NCBI GenBank assembly: GCA_023268715.1
Contig: JALRLV010000003.1
Span: forward strand, 84,636-148,635
Source: Candidatus Thalassarchaeaceae archaeon
GTDB lineage: Archaea; Thermoplasmatota; Poseidoniia; Poseidoniales; Thalassarchaeaceae
Direction of reading: 5' to 3'
Length of the DNA: 64,000 bases
Shown: positions 49,078 through 58,474 of the stretch, in pieces
Layout: the number at the start of each line of letters is the position of its first letter
How positions within the stretch are numbered: the stretch's first letter is position 1
Notes under the pieces: model-generated
Databases searched by the model: none
Told to the model about the DNA's origin: nothing
What the model saw: only the letters and a program-made list of their open reading frames with translations
Position numbers and translations under genes: made by a program

Positions 49078-49530
49078 ATGGACAAATCCGAACTTTCACT
49101 TACAGGCGAACAGGTTGACCTGTCGAAATATGTCGAGGATGCTGGCGGAATACATGGGTTGAGAGATATCGATAAGGTTCGTGGATGGAATAATATCGAA
49201 TATGGAGCGGGATTATCTGGGAAGAACACGCCAGCGACGAAGTTGTCTATGAACAAGGCCTTCATCCCTCCAGGGGGGGTTGCCGCTGCCCACATTCATG
49301 TCGATTTCGATGTCATGGTATTCCTCCTCAAAGGATCCGTGAGGCACGAATTTGGGCCCGGATGTCGAAAATCAGTAGTACATAGTGCTGGAGATATGTT
49401 CTATATCGAACCCGGACTTCCTCACGAGGTGTTCAATTGCTCGGATACAGATTGGGTTGAGGCAATAGTAGCTCGTTCAGATGCCTCTGAATGGCAAAAC
49501 ATTGTCCCATACGACAGAGATTCTGAGTAA
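49078..49530 (+). CDS. cupin-domain protein
   Basis: AHIH...(D)...L.G and GD..YI.PG.PH...N motifs; start placed at ATG 49078. Confidence 0.85.
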   Translation: MDKSELSLTGEQVDLSKYVEDAGGIHGLRDIDKVRGWNNIEYGAGLSGKNTPATKLSMNKAFIPPGGVAAAHIHVDFDVMVFLLKGSVRHEFGPGCRKSVVHSAGDMFYIEPGLPHEVFNCSDTDWVEAIVARSDASEWQNIVPYDRDSE

Positions 49531-49902
49531 TTATTCAATCACTCGAAGAGTACCATTTCTACCAGTTGAAACTACTCTTTCACCGAGCCTTTGTTTACAC
49601 CAACCATCTGTAATTTGAATAATATCTCCTGTAGCAACCTGTTCGATTTGTTCATCCCAAAGTACCAATCCTACAACTCCAGATTCATCACGTCCACAGG
49701 CAGCGGCGACCCGGCCTGTCCAATTTCTGCTAGAAACAACTCTAGGAGGATATCTACGTAAGACTAGAACTTCTAGATAGGATACAGGACTGCCTGCTTT
49801 CAATCGACTTACTTTCGTCTTACGTCTTCCACGATTTTGATCTTTGCTATTTCCTTTAGAATCAATCAAAATTTTCTTTTCTATATTGCTAAGTTTATTC
49901 AT
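49531..49902 (-). CDS. OB-fold single-stranded DNA-binding protein (SSB/RPA-like)
   Basis: KV..L..G, G.VA.A..DESG.V.LVLW.EQ...V..GD.I.I..GW....G...V.TGR.G pattern of single-OB archaeal SSB; start uncertain (49902 or 49926). Confidence 0.8.
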   Translation of the reverse strand: MNKLSNIEKKILIDSKGNSKDQNRGRRKTKVSRLKAGSPVSYLEVLVLRRYPPRVVSSRNWTGRVAAACGRDESGVVGLVLWDEQIEQVATGDIIQITDGWCKQRLGERVVSTGRNGTLRVIE

Positions 49903-49930
49903 TTGAATCGTTTGAACTAACCACATTACA

Positions 49931-49996
49931 ATATCAATCCCAATTAGGGGAGTAAAGTGAAACTGAAAGTCCCCTACGGAATAACTGAAAGTGAAC
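49931..49996 (-). promoter_or_regulatory. double tandem A(C/G)TTTC element plus ATTGATAT box upstream of the SSB-like gene
   Basis: Minus strand reads GTTCACTTTCAGTTATTCCGTAGGGGACTTTCAGTTTCACTTTAC...ATTGATAT. Confidence 0.65.
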
Positions 49997-50000
49997 GATT

Positions 50001-50750
50001 TCATTCCTCTTCTTTCTTGGTTAACCGTCGAAAACCGCTTACGATTTCTTGTTTATCGTCATCTTCCTCTACATTCACTCCAACTTCTGTCAGGTGTTTT
50101 TGAACCTGTGAATAAGCACTCTTACCCCGTGCTCCCTTGCGCGGTTTAGGCAAACGATTACGACAGACTAGGTAGGTCTCAGACGAGGCATTACGACTAG
50201 CCATAGGGGCAAAACGTTGGACATTAGCGAACCGATCTTTTGCAGCCAAAATTAAACCTTCAATTCCAACTCCTTGGAATATTTTGGTAACAAATGCGCC
50301 CCCTGGTGCTAACATTCCCATTGCTACATCCAGCGTCATAGTGGAGAGTTCTAGAGAAATGGCTTGGTCTGTATCATATCTTCCAGTCAATTTTGGAGAG
50401 ATATCCGACAAGACAACATTCAGTTCTCTCCCTTCTAGTAAGTCTTCAATTCTATCAATTGTCTCTTGTTGTGAAATATCTCCTTGAATGATACTTGCAC
50501 CTTCAACAGGAGATGTAGATTTCAAGTCAACACCAATTACTACTCCTTCTAACCCAGCCTCCTCAACAGAAACCTGCGTCCATCCACCTGGGTGACATCC
50601 TACGTCTAGAACAACATCGGATTCTCTGATCAGTTGAAACTTCTCTTGAATTTGTTTGAGTTTGTAGGCAGAACGAGCCCTGTATCCTTTGGACTTTGCT
50701 TGTCTACGCCACGGATCGCGCCGATTCTCTTGGTACCAGCGCTTACTCAT
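50001..50750 (-). CDS. rlmE: 23S rRNA 2'-O-methyltransferase RlmE/FtsJ
   Basis: GYRARSAYKL, D.G..PGGW, VLSD.SP, FV.K.FQG and SR..SSE.Y motifs. Confidence 0.95.
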   Translation of the reverse strand: MSKRWYQENRRDPWRRQAKSKGYRARSAYKLKQIQEKFQLIRESDVVLDVGCHPGGWTQVSVEEAGLEGVVIGVDLKSTSPVEGASIIQGDISQQETIDRIEDLLEGRELNVVLSDISPKLTGRYDTDQAISLELSTMTLDVAMGMLAPGGAFVTKIFQGVGIEGLILAAKDRFANVQRFAPMASRNASSETYLVCRNRLPKPRKGARGKSAYSQVQKHLTEVGVNVEEDDDKQEIVSGFRRLTKKEEE

Positions 50751-50812
50751 ATTCGCTCGTCAAGCCCATCAGTTATGAATCCGAGGCGCAGATTTAGCAA
50801 ATCGGGTTTATC

Positions 50813-51754
50813 TCACAGGCCGATTTCGTCAATCAGTGCCCTAGCGGTATGTCTGATTGCTGCCTCTGATTGCATAGTAGGTTCAAATCCGGTTGAAAAT
50901 AAATATTCGACATCTAGACTTGTCTTTGGAACATCACCAGCCCAACCTCGGTCGCCACCTGTGTATTCAATTGAAACACCCTCTAAACCGGACTCTTCAA
51001 CAACAATTTCAGCGATTCTTCTGACTGAGCAAGTATCGCCAGTACCTAGGTTGTACAGATTTATTGCATCATCGGTACCGTCTACAATGTGTACCATTGC
51101 TCTAACACAATCTTCTGCAGACATGTAGGACTTTTCTTGTAATCCATTACCTAAAACTTCCAATCTACTTGGGTCATTCTTCAATTTGTGAATAAAGTCG
51201 TAAATCACTCCATGAGTACCTCTTGGGCCGACGATATTTGCAAAGCGGTGAATCCAAGATTTAGCCCCGAATGTTCCACACCATGCGGTGATTAGTGCCT
51301 CGCTTGCCAACTTACTTGCTCCATAGAGTGAGATTGGCTTTACTGGCCCGTATGTTTCAGGCGTTGGCATTACATTCGCCTCTCCATAAATCGCGCTTGA
51401 TGAGGAAAATGAAATTCTCTTCACACCAGAATTTCTCATCGCTTCGAGTACATTGTAAGTTGCAACAGTACCTTGACGCAGGTCGGTATCGGTGACTTCT
51501 GTACCTAAACGAATATCGGGGTTTGCAGCTAAATGATGGACGGTTTCTATACCTTCCATAGCTGAATTTAATGAATCAAAATCAAGGAGATCACCTTTGA
51601 CGATTTCAACCATTCCAGAACCCTGATGGTGGTCTAGGAAATCTTCTCTTCCACTAGAAAAATTGTCAAACACTCGAACTCTTTTGCCTTGTGCGACCAA
51701 TGTATCGACTAGGTGAGAACCGATGAATCCTGCGCCTCCTGTGACTAGTTCCAT
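50813..51754 (-). CDS. NAD-dependent epimerase/dehydratase (GalE-like SDR)
   Basis: TGGAGFIGSH, HLAA, SSS..YG and YGASK motifs. Confidence 0.93.
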   Translation of the reverse strand: MELVTGGAGFIGSHLVDTLVAQGKRVRVFDNFSSGREDFLDHHQGSGMVEIVKGDLLDFDSLNSAMEGIETVHHLAANPDIRLGTEVTDTDLRQGTVATYNVLEAMRNSGVKRISFSSSSAIYGEANVMPTPETYGPVKPISLYGASKLASEALITAWCGTFGAKSWIHRFANIVGPRGTHGVIYDFIHKLKNDPSRLEVLGNGLQEKSYMSAEDCVRAMVHIVDGTDDAINLYNLGTGDTCSVRRIAEIVVEESGLEGVSIEYTGGDRGWAGDVPKTSLDVEYLFSTGFEPTMQSEAAIRHTARALIDEIGL

Positions 51755-51860
51755 GGTTGCGCCACTTACGCATCTACTTTGAGCCATTCGCCGTATTGAC
51801 AAATTAATAATCTAGGATAATTTAATGAAAAATTTTGAAAATCAGCTAATACCAGGCCCT

Positions 51861-51962
51861 CATTCAGTTTCAGTCATTCCGTCATCATATCCACAGCCAC
51901 AGCCTTAGGAAGTGTACCAGAGAAACCAGTTTCACTTTCATTCTCCTCTCATTTATTGTATT
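51861..51962 (+). promoter_or_regulatory. double tandem A(C/G)TTTC element (exact TTTCACTTTCA at 51930-51940) plus ATTGTATT box
   Basis: CATTCAGTTTCAGTCATTCCGT at 51861-51882, CAGTTTCACTTTCA ending at 51940, ATTGTATT at 51955. Confidence 0.65.
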
Positions 51963-52008
51963 CATATCTAGGTCCGCATTTCGGCCTTCAACTTGGAGGT
52001 AAGAAAAT

Positions 52009-52257
52009 ATGCCAAAGACATCAAGCAAAAATGAACAGCCCGAGAACGAACAGAACACCACCCTTGTTGGGTGGGCTAGGCAAAGTCAAGCCGGAGGTGC
52101 GCTAAAGATTAGTTTACATCGAGATGCAATTGATAACTGCCACACATACACGACCTCTGACGGAACCGAATATGTGCCCCTTGTGATTAGTACCGCCGCT
52201 CTACGCCGAGTATTAGAAGGGCAGCAGACTGTAACCACCGTAAGTCAGTTCTCATAG
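52009..52257 (+). CDS. small hypothetical protein (82 aa)
   Basis: GGAGGT SD before the ATG; LVGW.R.S.AGGALK.S...TSDG.EYV.L.I beta-rich core. Confidence 0.8.
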   Translation: MPKTSSKNEQPENEQNTTLVGWARQSQAGGALKISLHRDAIDNCHTYTTSDGTEYVPLVISTAALRRVLEGQQTVTTVSQFS

Positions 52258-52273
52258 AACTGAATTAAAATCA

Positions 52274-52323
52274 GCCTCCCACCGAGCGCTCATGCGATTG
52301 TTTCATGTGGGCTCGGTGGGGGC
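52274..52323. other. long GC-rich hairpin in intergenic gap
   Basis: GCCTCCCACCGAGC ... GCTCGGTGGGGGC stem with inner CATG/CATG pairing. Confidence 0.55.
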
Positions 52324-52332
52324 AACATCACC

Positions 52333-55300
52333 GTGCCCGATGACGAGCGCGATGATGAAGCGATTTTTTGGGAGCGCTTCTTTGAGCGAATGCAGCCCAT
52401 AAGGGAGGCTGGAGGGAAGGTAATCCAGAAAGTTGATTCTTCTCCAATAGGTGATGCGGTAGACTACGTAGATTCCTTGCTAAATGCCGGAGCAAAAAGA
52501 GGTCACGCAATTGCGCAGAGGCTTACTGAATTTTGGTATTCCGCAATTCTTCGTAGCCCTGGTCTAATTGTTGCTTTGCTTGTAATAGCAACAGTTTTGG
52601 TAGGTCAAAAATCTCTAGATTTCGGGCAACAGATAGACAAAGACGTGGAAATATACCTTCCCGATGACGCTGATTCCACCGATTTACTCAAACAGGTCCG
52701 GACTCAGTGGTCTACCGATATTATGATTCTCTATGTGCAGACAAATAACGCCATTTACGAGAGGTGCGAATCCGGCCCAGCAGATGATGGAGATTATGAT
52801 TGTAGAGGGACCGAAAACATAACCGATGTTGATATTTTAAAACAGTTATCTTGGTTAGAAGGCGATGACCTAAATTATGGAAATGGGGGTTATGGTTCAG
52901 GTCTGGATGAACATAAGGATGATCGCGGAGATCTCGACGGAGTCGTGTGGATACTATCTCCTGCACAGGTGATTAAGGAGGCAAATTCTTCCAGCTATCG
53001 CTTCAATTGTGCCGTGGAAAAATACGGGTTACCTACAGGTCAACGAGATGGGTGCTCAATTGCACAATTAAATCCATTCTATGGATACAGCATTCCGGAT
53101 AACCAAGATACTCTTGACAATCTAGTTTCTCAAACTGAAAGTTTGTTGTCTTCATTTGTTATGGATACCCAAGACCATCCTTTATTGGATGAGAATGGAG
53201 ATGGCAATTACAACAATGATGGAGATGGGATTTGGGATACAGGAGTGATTATTCTTGGCCTAAAGTATGACATGGAAGGAACTGATATCCCTGCCAGGCA
53301 GGATAATAGAGAAGGGCAGGTGCAAGACCATCAAGCCTTCATCCAGTTCACCAAGCAGCTAATTGAACGAGCTAATTCAGACGATTGCGAGATTTGTAAT
53401 CGTGTTTACAACGGAAATGTAATGTCCTCTTCAGTTAGTACCGAAATACATTCACTTTGGTTAGAAGAGGCAAGAAAGAAAGACCCCAATCTTCCATCAC
53501 GATCACCCGCGTTAGGCGTTACCCCTGAAATGATTTCAGAAGCGAAATCCATAGCCGAAGATCGTCCGGTTCGTAATGCTACCACCGTTACCGGACTTAC
53601 TCCTGTTGTCCAGGATGTTTCGAATGCTATTTATCTAGAATTAGTGACCAAAATGCTTCCTTTAGCAGGGTTATTGGTAGCAATTACAATGTTAATTTTG
53701 CATCGTAATCCTAAGGTCATAATTATCTGTGGTTTACCAATTGCAATGAGTTTAGCAATTACATTTGGAACCACCGTGATTGCGGATATTCCTTTGACTC
53801 CGATGATTATTTCGGCAGGCCCAATCCTAGTCGGTTTAGGAGTGGATTATTCCTTACACTTTACCAACAGAATTGAAGAGAATCGCAAAGAGTTACTTGA
53901 GGAACGTCTAGAAGAGTCTTGGAAAAGACAACGCGATGGATTCGCCTCAACGGAATTAGACCCTTGGGACCCTGTAATTAGCCTAACTGCAACTGTTAGA
54001 GCTGCTCAAACCACAGGCCATGCGATATTCCTATCGGCCATCACAACGATAATCGGATTCAGTGTTTTAACCTGGCAATATCTTGTGCCAATACATCCGA
54101 TGAGGACTGTCGGAGTAACCTTAGTATTGGGCATTTCTATTACCTTCCTACTATCTATGGTAATGGTGCCTGCATTGGTTCATATCTTCAGATATAGAAA
54201 GACGGATATTGGGTTTGAAATGCCTACTTTGCAAACTCTTCTAATTTCATCTTTAGTGGCTATTACAGCAGGAACGTTGCTCTACATTCAAGGGACTACA
54301 ACAGTTGGTAATGCAATATTCTTCGGCTGTTTCTTCGGTGGTACAATCCTTCTTGCTTTTGAATCTGATATTTGGATGAAAATAGCGGAAGTGCCAGTAA
54401 AGACAACCCTTGTTGTTCTACTTGTTGCAATGATTTCTACCGCTGGTGGCGTGGCAATCCTTGAGGAAGAGATGGGTAAGCCGCTTACTGGTTCCTCAGA
54501 TGAAGTTCCTCCAAATATACCGAGTTATGATGCATTAAGGGAATACAGTTTCGTTTTCCAAGGTGGACAAACGAATATGTTCATCGTTGACGCGGAGGTT
54601 AGAGGTTCAGTTAATTCAACAGCACCAATCCGAGATTTACCTATTCTCGATGCTATCGATCATATGCAGGAAAAGAAAATCAATAACGTCCCACAAACAT
54701 CTAGTATCAGCCTAGTCAACGTCCTGAAAGCGATCCACGTTGACGTTAACTTAACCGATCCGGTAACGGGAATTAGTCTGGAAGTCTACGATAGGAGTCT
54801 CTGGGAATTACTCCATGATGAGTGCTGGGATGAATCAACCAATCCATTCCGTCCCGAATGTTTGCCATATATTGTCAGTAGTAGAGAAGACATGGTCAAT
54901 ATCGCTCTTGATACATTGAGCCCTGAAATCCGTAGTATGCTGATGAATGCCGACCAAGATACATGTGGAGGTTCAACCCCCTGTGAAACCAAAACACTCG
55001 TCTACGTTACTCAACCATACATCAATTTGCAAGATGCAACCCCTCTTAGAAATGCTATTGACGATCACCTTGATGGAGATGGTAATTGTCCTGATGCTCT
55101 TTCATGCTCGGCTTTTGGAATTGAAGGCGTAATCAATTCAAAGCTAACAGGCGGTTTGCCTGTGAGTATTGATATTAACGAAGGAATCCAAAAGGCGCAG
55201 AGTGAAACTACAATCGCAACAATGCTTATTCTACTAATTACTATGATGATCTTATTCCGCTCGCCTAGATTAGCCATATTCACGATGGCAGCAGTTGCTG

Positions 55301-55746
55301 TTGTTGTATTATGGCAGCCATTATTGATGCGACAAGGTTCAGTCAATGTCAACTTCTTCACTGCCATGGTCGGCACACTCGTCTTTGGAATCGGGGTAGA
55401 TGATTCAATACACATAATTGACAGAATCAAAGACGAAGGTGAAACTCCTGCTGGAATAGTCAAATCTGTTTCAAGAACAGGTCAAACAATTTTTGAAACC
55501 ACTACAACAACTTGTGCGGGGCTTTCTGCAGGATTATTCGTAGAAATACCAGGATTGCAAAATTTCTTCATATTGATGATGTCACTTCTAATTCTCGCAC
55601 TAATTACCTCAAGCATCTTGTTACCAAGTTTCATCGTAGCATGGCATGAATTACGTTCGAGATTGCTGGGAAGAGGGCCTTGGTTGGATTACGAGGATAG
55701 TGGGGCTCTGGAAGCATCCAGTGTGCTTGAGGCCACCTTAGAATAG
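52333..55746 (+). CDS. RND/MMPL family transporter with large Cys-containing loops
   Basis: GLGVDYSLH and GIGVDDSIH motifs; two TM clusters. Confidence 0.9.
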   Translation: MPDDERDDEAIFWERFFERMQPIREAGGKVIQKVDSSPIGDAVDYVDSLLNAGAKRGHAIAQRLTEFWYSAILRSPGLIVALLVIATVLVGQKSLDFGQQIDKDVEIYLPDDADSTDLLKQVRTQWSTDIMILYVQTNNAIYERCESGPADDGDYDCRGTENITDVDILKQLSWLEGDDLNYGNGGYGSGLDEHKDDRGDLDGVVWILSPAQVIKEANSSSYRFNCAVEKYGLPTGQRDGCSIAQLNPFYGYSIPDNQDTLDNLVSQTESLLSSFVMDTQDHPLLDENGDGNYNNDGDGIWDTGVIILGLKYDMEGTDIPARQDNREGQVQDHQAFIQFTKQLIERANSDDCEICNRVYNGNVMSSSVSTEIHSLWLEEARKKDPNLPSRSPALGVTPEMISEAKSIAEDRPVRNATTVTGLTPVVQDVSNAIYLELVTKMLPLAGLLVAITMLILHRNPKVIIICGLPIAMSLAITFGTTVIADIPLTPMIISAGPILVGLGVDYSLHFTNRIEENRKELLEERLEESWKRQRDGFASTELDPWDPVISLTATVRAAQTTGHAIFLSAITTIIGFSVLTWQYLVPIHPMRTVGVTLVLGISITFLLSMVMVPALVHIFRYRKTDIGFEMPTLQTLLISSLVAITAGTLLYIQGTTTVGNAIFFGCFFGGTILLAFESDIWMKIAEVPVKTTLVVLLVAMISTAGGVAILEEEMGKPLTGSSDEVPPNIPSYDALREYSFVFQGGQTNMFIVDAEVRGSVNSTAPIRDLPILDAIDHMQEKKINNVPQTSSISLVNVLKAIHVDVNLTDPVTGISLEVYDRSLWELLHDECWDESTNPFRPECLPYIVSSREDMVNIALDTLSPEIRSMLMNADQDTCGGSTPCETKTLVYVTQPYINLQDATPLRNAIDDHLDGDGNCPDALSCSAFGIEGVINSKLTGGLPVSIDINEGIQKAQSETTIATMLILLITMMILFRSPRLAIFTMAAVAVVVLWQPLLMRQGSVNVNFFTAMVGTLVFGIGVDDSIHIIDRIKDEGETPAGIVKSVSRTGQTIFETTTTTCAGLSAGLFVEIPGLQNFFILMMSLLILALITSSILLPSFIVAWHELRSRLLGRGPWLDYEDSGALEASSVLEATLE

Positions 55747-55772
55747 CCTTGTTTTCACTGGTTATTGTAAAG

Positions 55773-56070
55773 TGAGGGTGCAGGGAGTAAGCCCCTTTCT
55801 GTTCACCTTTCAGCTGGTCGCATTCAACTATGCATCCTACCCGGCCCTGTCGATGCACTACGGGCCTGCTTGGACTTGCTCCAGCGGGGTTGCTCGTTCC
55901 AGCCGCGGTCAGGAAATCTCACCCTTTCGGGATCATCGTGCGCCTGGCGCGGGACGTTTCTGTTGCAGAGCCGGCCCTCCCGGACCTCCGGCTTGCACCG
56001 GACCGCTTGCATCTTGGAGAGGGGACTTTCCTCAGTGTCTGGCACTGTCAGCGACCCTCCTGCTCCCTCA
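55773..56070 (-). ncRNA. rnpB: RNase P RNA
   Basis: Minus strand has GAGGAAAGTCC, GCAACAGAAAC, GGAAC.AGCAACCCC..GGAGCAAG and AACAGAAAGGGGCTTA; terminal helix TGAGGG.GCAGG/CCTGCACCCTCA. Confidence 0.95.
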
Positions 56071-56190
56071 TCCTATCGGTATGGCACCGACGAATGAACC
56101 CAACGGTTTGCAATTGTTGTTAATTTTGACCTAATTTATTGTCTTCTTGGAAGGGTAAGCATCATGGCTGTCTATCATCTGCACCGCCAT

Positions 56191-56892
56191 GTGAGCGACG
56201 TTGAGGCGCTAAAGCAGCAAGCCGGAATCGCGGCTTGCGATTTTGTCAAAGACGGCATGAAAATAGGCCTTGGCACAGGTTCTACTGTTCGTTACACGGT
56301 GTTAGAATTAGGTCGCAGAATGCAAGAAGAAGGTCTCTCCGTAGTCGGGGTCCCAACCAGCGAAGCAACTAGAGAACTGGCAGAGAACCTAAACATCCCC
56401 CTAATGCCCCTATCAGAAGCTGGAGTTTTAGATTTGATAATTGATGGCGCGGATGAATTTGATTCCGATTTCGCTTTAATCAAAGGCGGAGGTGGAGCAT
56501 TGACTCGCGAAAAGATAGTCGCGCAGTCTAGTAAAGCTATGGTGGTGGTTGCTGACGACAGGAAACAAGTTGAAATCCTTGGTGATTTTGACCTACCTAT
56601 CGAAGTATTACCATTTGAATGGAAGCGAACCGCAGATAGGGTTGCCGAGATTTGTCTTGGGCCTGTTGTCAGAAGAGGTGGAGATGAGCCATTCATTAGC
56701 GATAATGGAGGTTACATCCTAGACTGTTCATTTGGCTCAACGATTACTAATCCAAATGAATTAGAATCCTCTTTATTGGAAATTGCTGGAGTTGTCGAAG
56801 TTGGCTTGTTTGTTGATATCTGCGATGCGGTTGTAATGGCCGCGAGTGGTGGAGTAGTGACTCTTGTCAAGCAAGGCGGCAGATTAGCCTGA
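56191..56892 (+). CDS. rpiA: ribose-5-phosphate isomerase A
   Basis: GLGTGST, DGADE, IKGGGGAL.REKIV, P.EV, SDNG.YI.D and GVVE.GLF motifs. Confidence 0.96.
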   Translation: MSDVEALKQQAGIAACDFVKDGMKIGLGTGSTVRYTVLELGRRMQEEGLSVVGVPTSEATRELAENLNIPLMPLSEAGVLDLIIDGADEFDSDFALIKGGGGALTREKIVAQSSKAMVVVADDRKQVEILGDFDLPIEVLPFEWKRTADRVAEICLGPVVRRGGDEPFISDNGGYILDCSFGSTITNPNELESSLLEIAGVVEVGLFVDICDAVVMAASGGVVTLVKQGGRLA

Positions 56893-56941
56893 TATTCTTC
56901 CAGACCGTTCCGATTAAAGAGGGGTGCCAAGTCGGCGGGCT

Positions 56942-57018
56942 GGGTCTGTAGCTTAGTCAGGTAGAGCACCCGGCTCTTAACCGGGCGGTCGCGGGTTCGA
57001 ACCCCGTCAGACCCGCCA
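56942..57018 (+). tRNA. tRNA-Lys(CTT)
   Basis: GGGTCTG/CAGACCC acceptor stem, CCCGG-CTCTTAA-CCGGG anticodon arm, encoded CCA. Confidence 0.95.
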
Positions 57019-57080
57019 AATCCAATCAGGCTAAGGCTTCGTTTGATATGTGGATGCCCCGCCCAAGGGCCGGGGTTAGT

Positions 57081-58409
57081 ATGACCAAAGAGACTTGGAT
57101 AGGAGATGTTCGAGCCGGAAAACATGACGGTTCGAAGGTTGAGTTGAAAGGGTGGGTTCACCGTTCCAGAGGTTCTAACAAAATTCGTTTCGTTGTCCTT
57201 AGGGACTCTACAGGAACCGTTCAATGTGTTGTCAAAAGGGACCTTATTGGAGACGAAGCTTTTGATGCGGTAAAGGATGCACTTATCGAATCCAGCCTAA
57301 TTATTCGTGGAAACGTCGAAGCAACCGACCGAGAACACGGTCACGAGATTCAGGTTTCAGATTTACAGGTTGTGGGGCCAGTCAATCCAGAAAACCCATT
57401 TCCAATTACAGAATCGGCTATGGAACAAGCCGATGGTGGAGAAACGGAATTCCTACTTGACAACCGACACCTCTACCTTAGAACTAGTCGAATGACTACT
57501 ATGCTGAAGATGCGTTCCACAGTATTCGGCGCCATCCATTCCTATTTCCGAGATCGAGACTTTACAGAATATCAAGCACCGAACTTCGTTGCCGGTGCCG
57601 TGGAAGGTGGAAGCACCTTATTCGAGGTGCCATACTTTGGACGCAAGGCATACTTGACCCAATCTTGGCAACTATATGCCGAGGCCGCAATGCCTGCATT
57701 GGAGCGCCTCTACACAATGGCGCCCTCATTCCGTGCAGAAAAATCTAGGACACGCCGCCACCTGACTGAATTTTGGCATGCTGAGATGGAAATCGCTTGG
57801 GCTTCAAATGATGATGTGATGGTCCATGGTGAAGGCGTGGTTCGCAACATAGCACGTACTTTGTTAGATGAGCATTCAGATGATTTGGCAAACATTGGTA
57901 GAGATTTGGATTTAATTTCCAGGTATGCGGACAATCCATACCCTCGAATGCGTTACGACGAGGCTGTTGAAACGCTTCAAGGAATGGATGTGGATATTGA
58001 ATGGGGCCAAGATTTAGACTACTCCAAGGAAAAGGTATTGACTCAAGATTTCGAAATCCCTCACTTCCTAACTCATTATCCTAGAATTGCCAAGCCATTC
58101 TATCATCGCCCAGATCCCGAGGACACCAATTATGTCCTTTGTCATGATTTGTTAGCACCAGAAGGATATGGTGAAATTATTGGTGGAGGGGAGCGAACTT
58201 GGTCTGAGCCGGAAATTCTCGATAGAATCGATGAAGAAGGTAATGACAGAGAGGCGTATGAATTCTATATCGACATTCGTCGTTATGGAGGGGTTCCACA
58301 CGGTGGATTTGGACTTGGAGTCGACCGTGTATGTGCTTGGCTGACTGGTGCTGATCACATCCGTGAAGTCATTCCATTTCCTCGAGACAGCCGTCGAGTA
58401 ACGCCATAA
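57081..58409 (+). CDS. asnS: asparagine--tRNA ligase
   Basis: OB-fold GWVHR.R, EGGSTLF, YLTQS.QLY, FRAEKSRTRRHL.EFWH.E, GEIIGG and PH.GFGLG motifs. Confidence 0.92.
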   Translation: MTKETWIGDVRAGKHDGSKVELKGWVHRSRGSNKIRFVVLRDSTGTVQCVVKRDLIGDEAFDAVKDALIESSLIIRGNVEATDREHGHEIQVSDLQVVGPVNPENPFPITESAMEQADGGETEFLLDNRHLYLRTSRMTTMLKMRSTVFGAIHSYFRDRDFTEYQAPNFVAGAVEGGSTLFEVPYFGRKAYLTQSWQLYAEAAMPALERLYTMAPSFRAEKSRTRRHLTEFWHAEMEIAWASNDDVMVHGEGVVRNIARTLLDEHSDDLANIGRDLDLISRYADNPYPRMRYDEAVETLQGMDVDIEWGQDLDYSKEKVLTQDFEIPHFLTHYPRIAKPFYHRPDPEDTNYVLCHDLLAPEGYGEIIGGGERTWSEPEILDRIDEEGNDREAYEFYIDIRRYGGVPHGGFGLGVDRVCAWLTGADHIREVIPFPRDSRRVTP

Positions 58410-58410
58410 C

Positions 58411-58427
58411 CGACACCTACGGTGTCG
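58411..58427 (+). terminator. short hairpin CGACACC-TAC-GGTGTCG after asnS
   Basis: Perfect 7-bp stem 1 nt after the stop codon. Confidence 0.4.
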
Positions 58428-58474
58428 TAGGGTAATTTGCTAAAACTCATACCACAGGTCTTGCTCGCCGAGGT

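Noticed and set aside
49092-49103. ACTTTCACTTAC resembling the damage-box hexamers
   Set aside because: It lies inside the cupin coding sequence with no TATA-like box at the expected spacing.
55772-56134. Four overlapping GC-rich ORFs in the ORF track
   Set aside because: They are shadows of the RNase P RNA gene.
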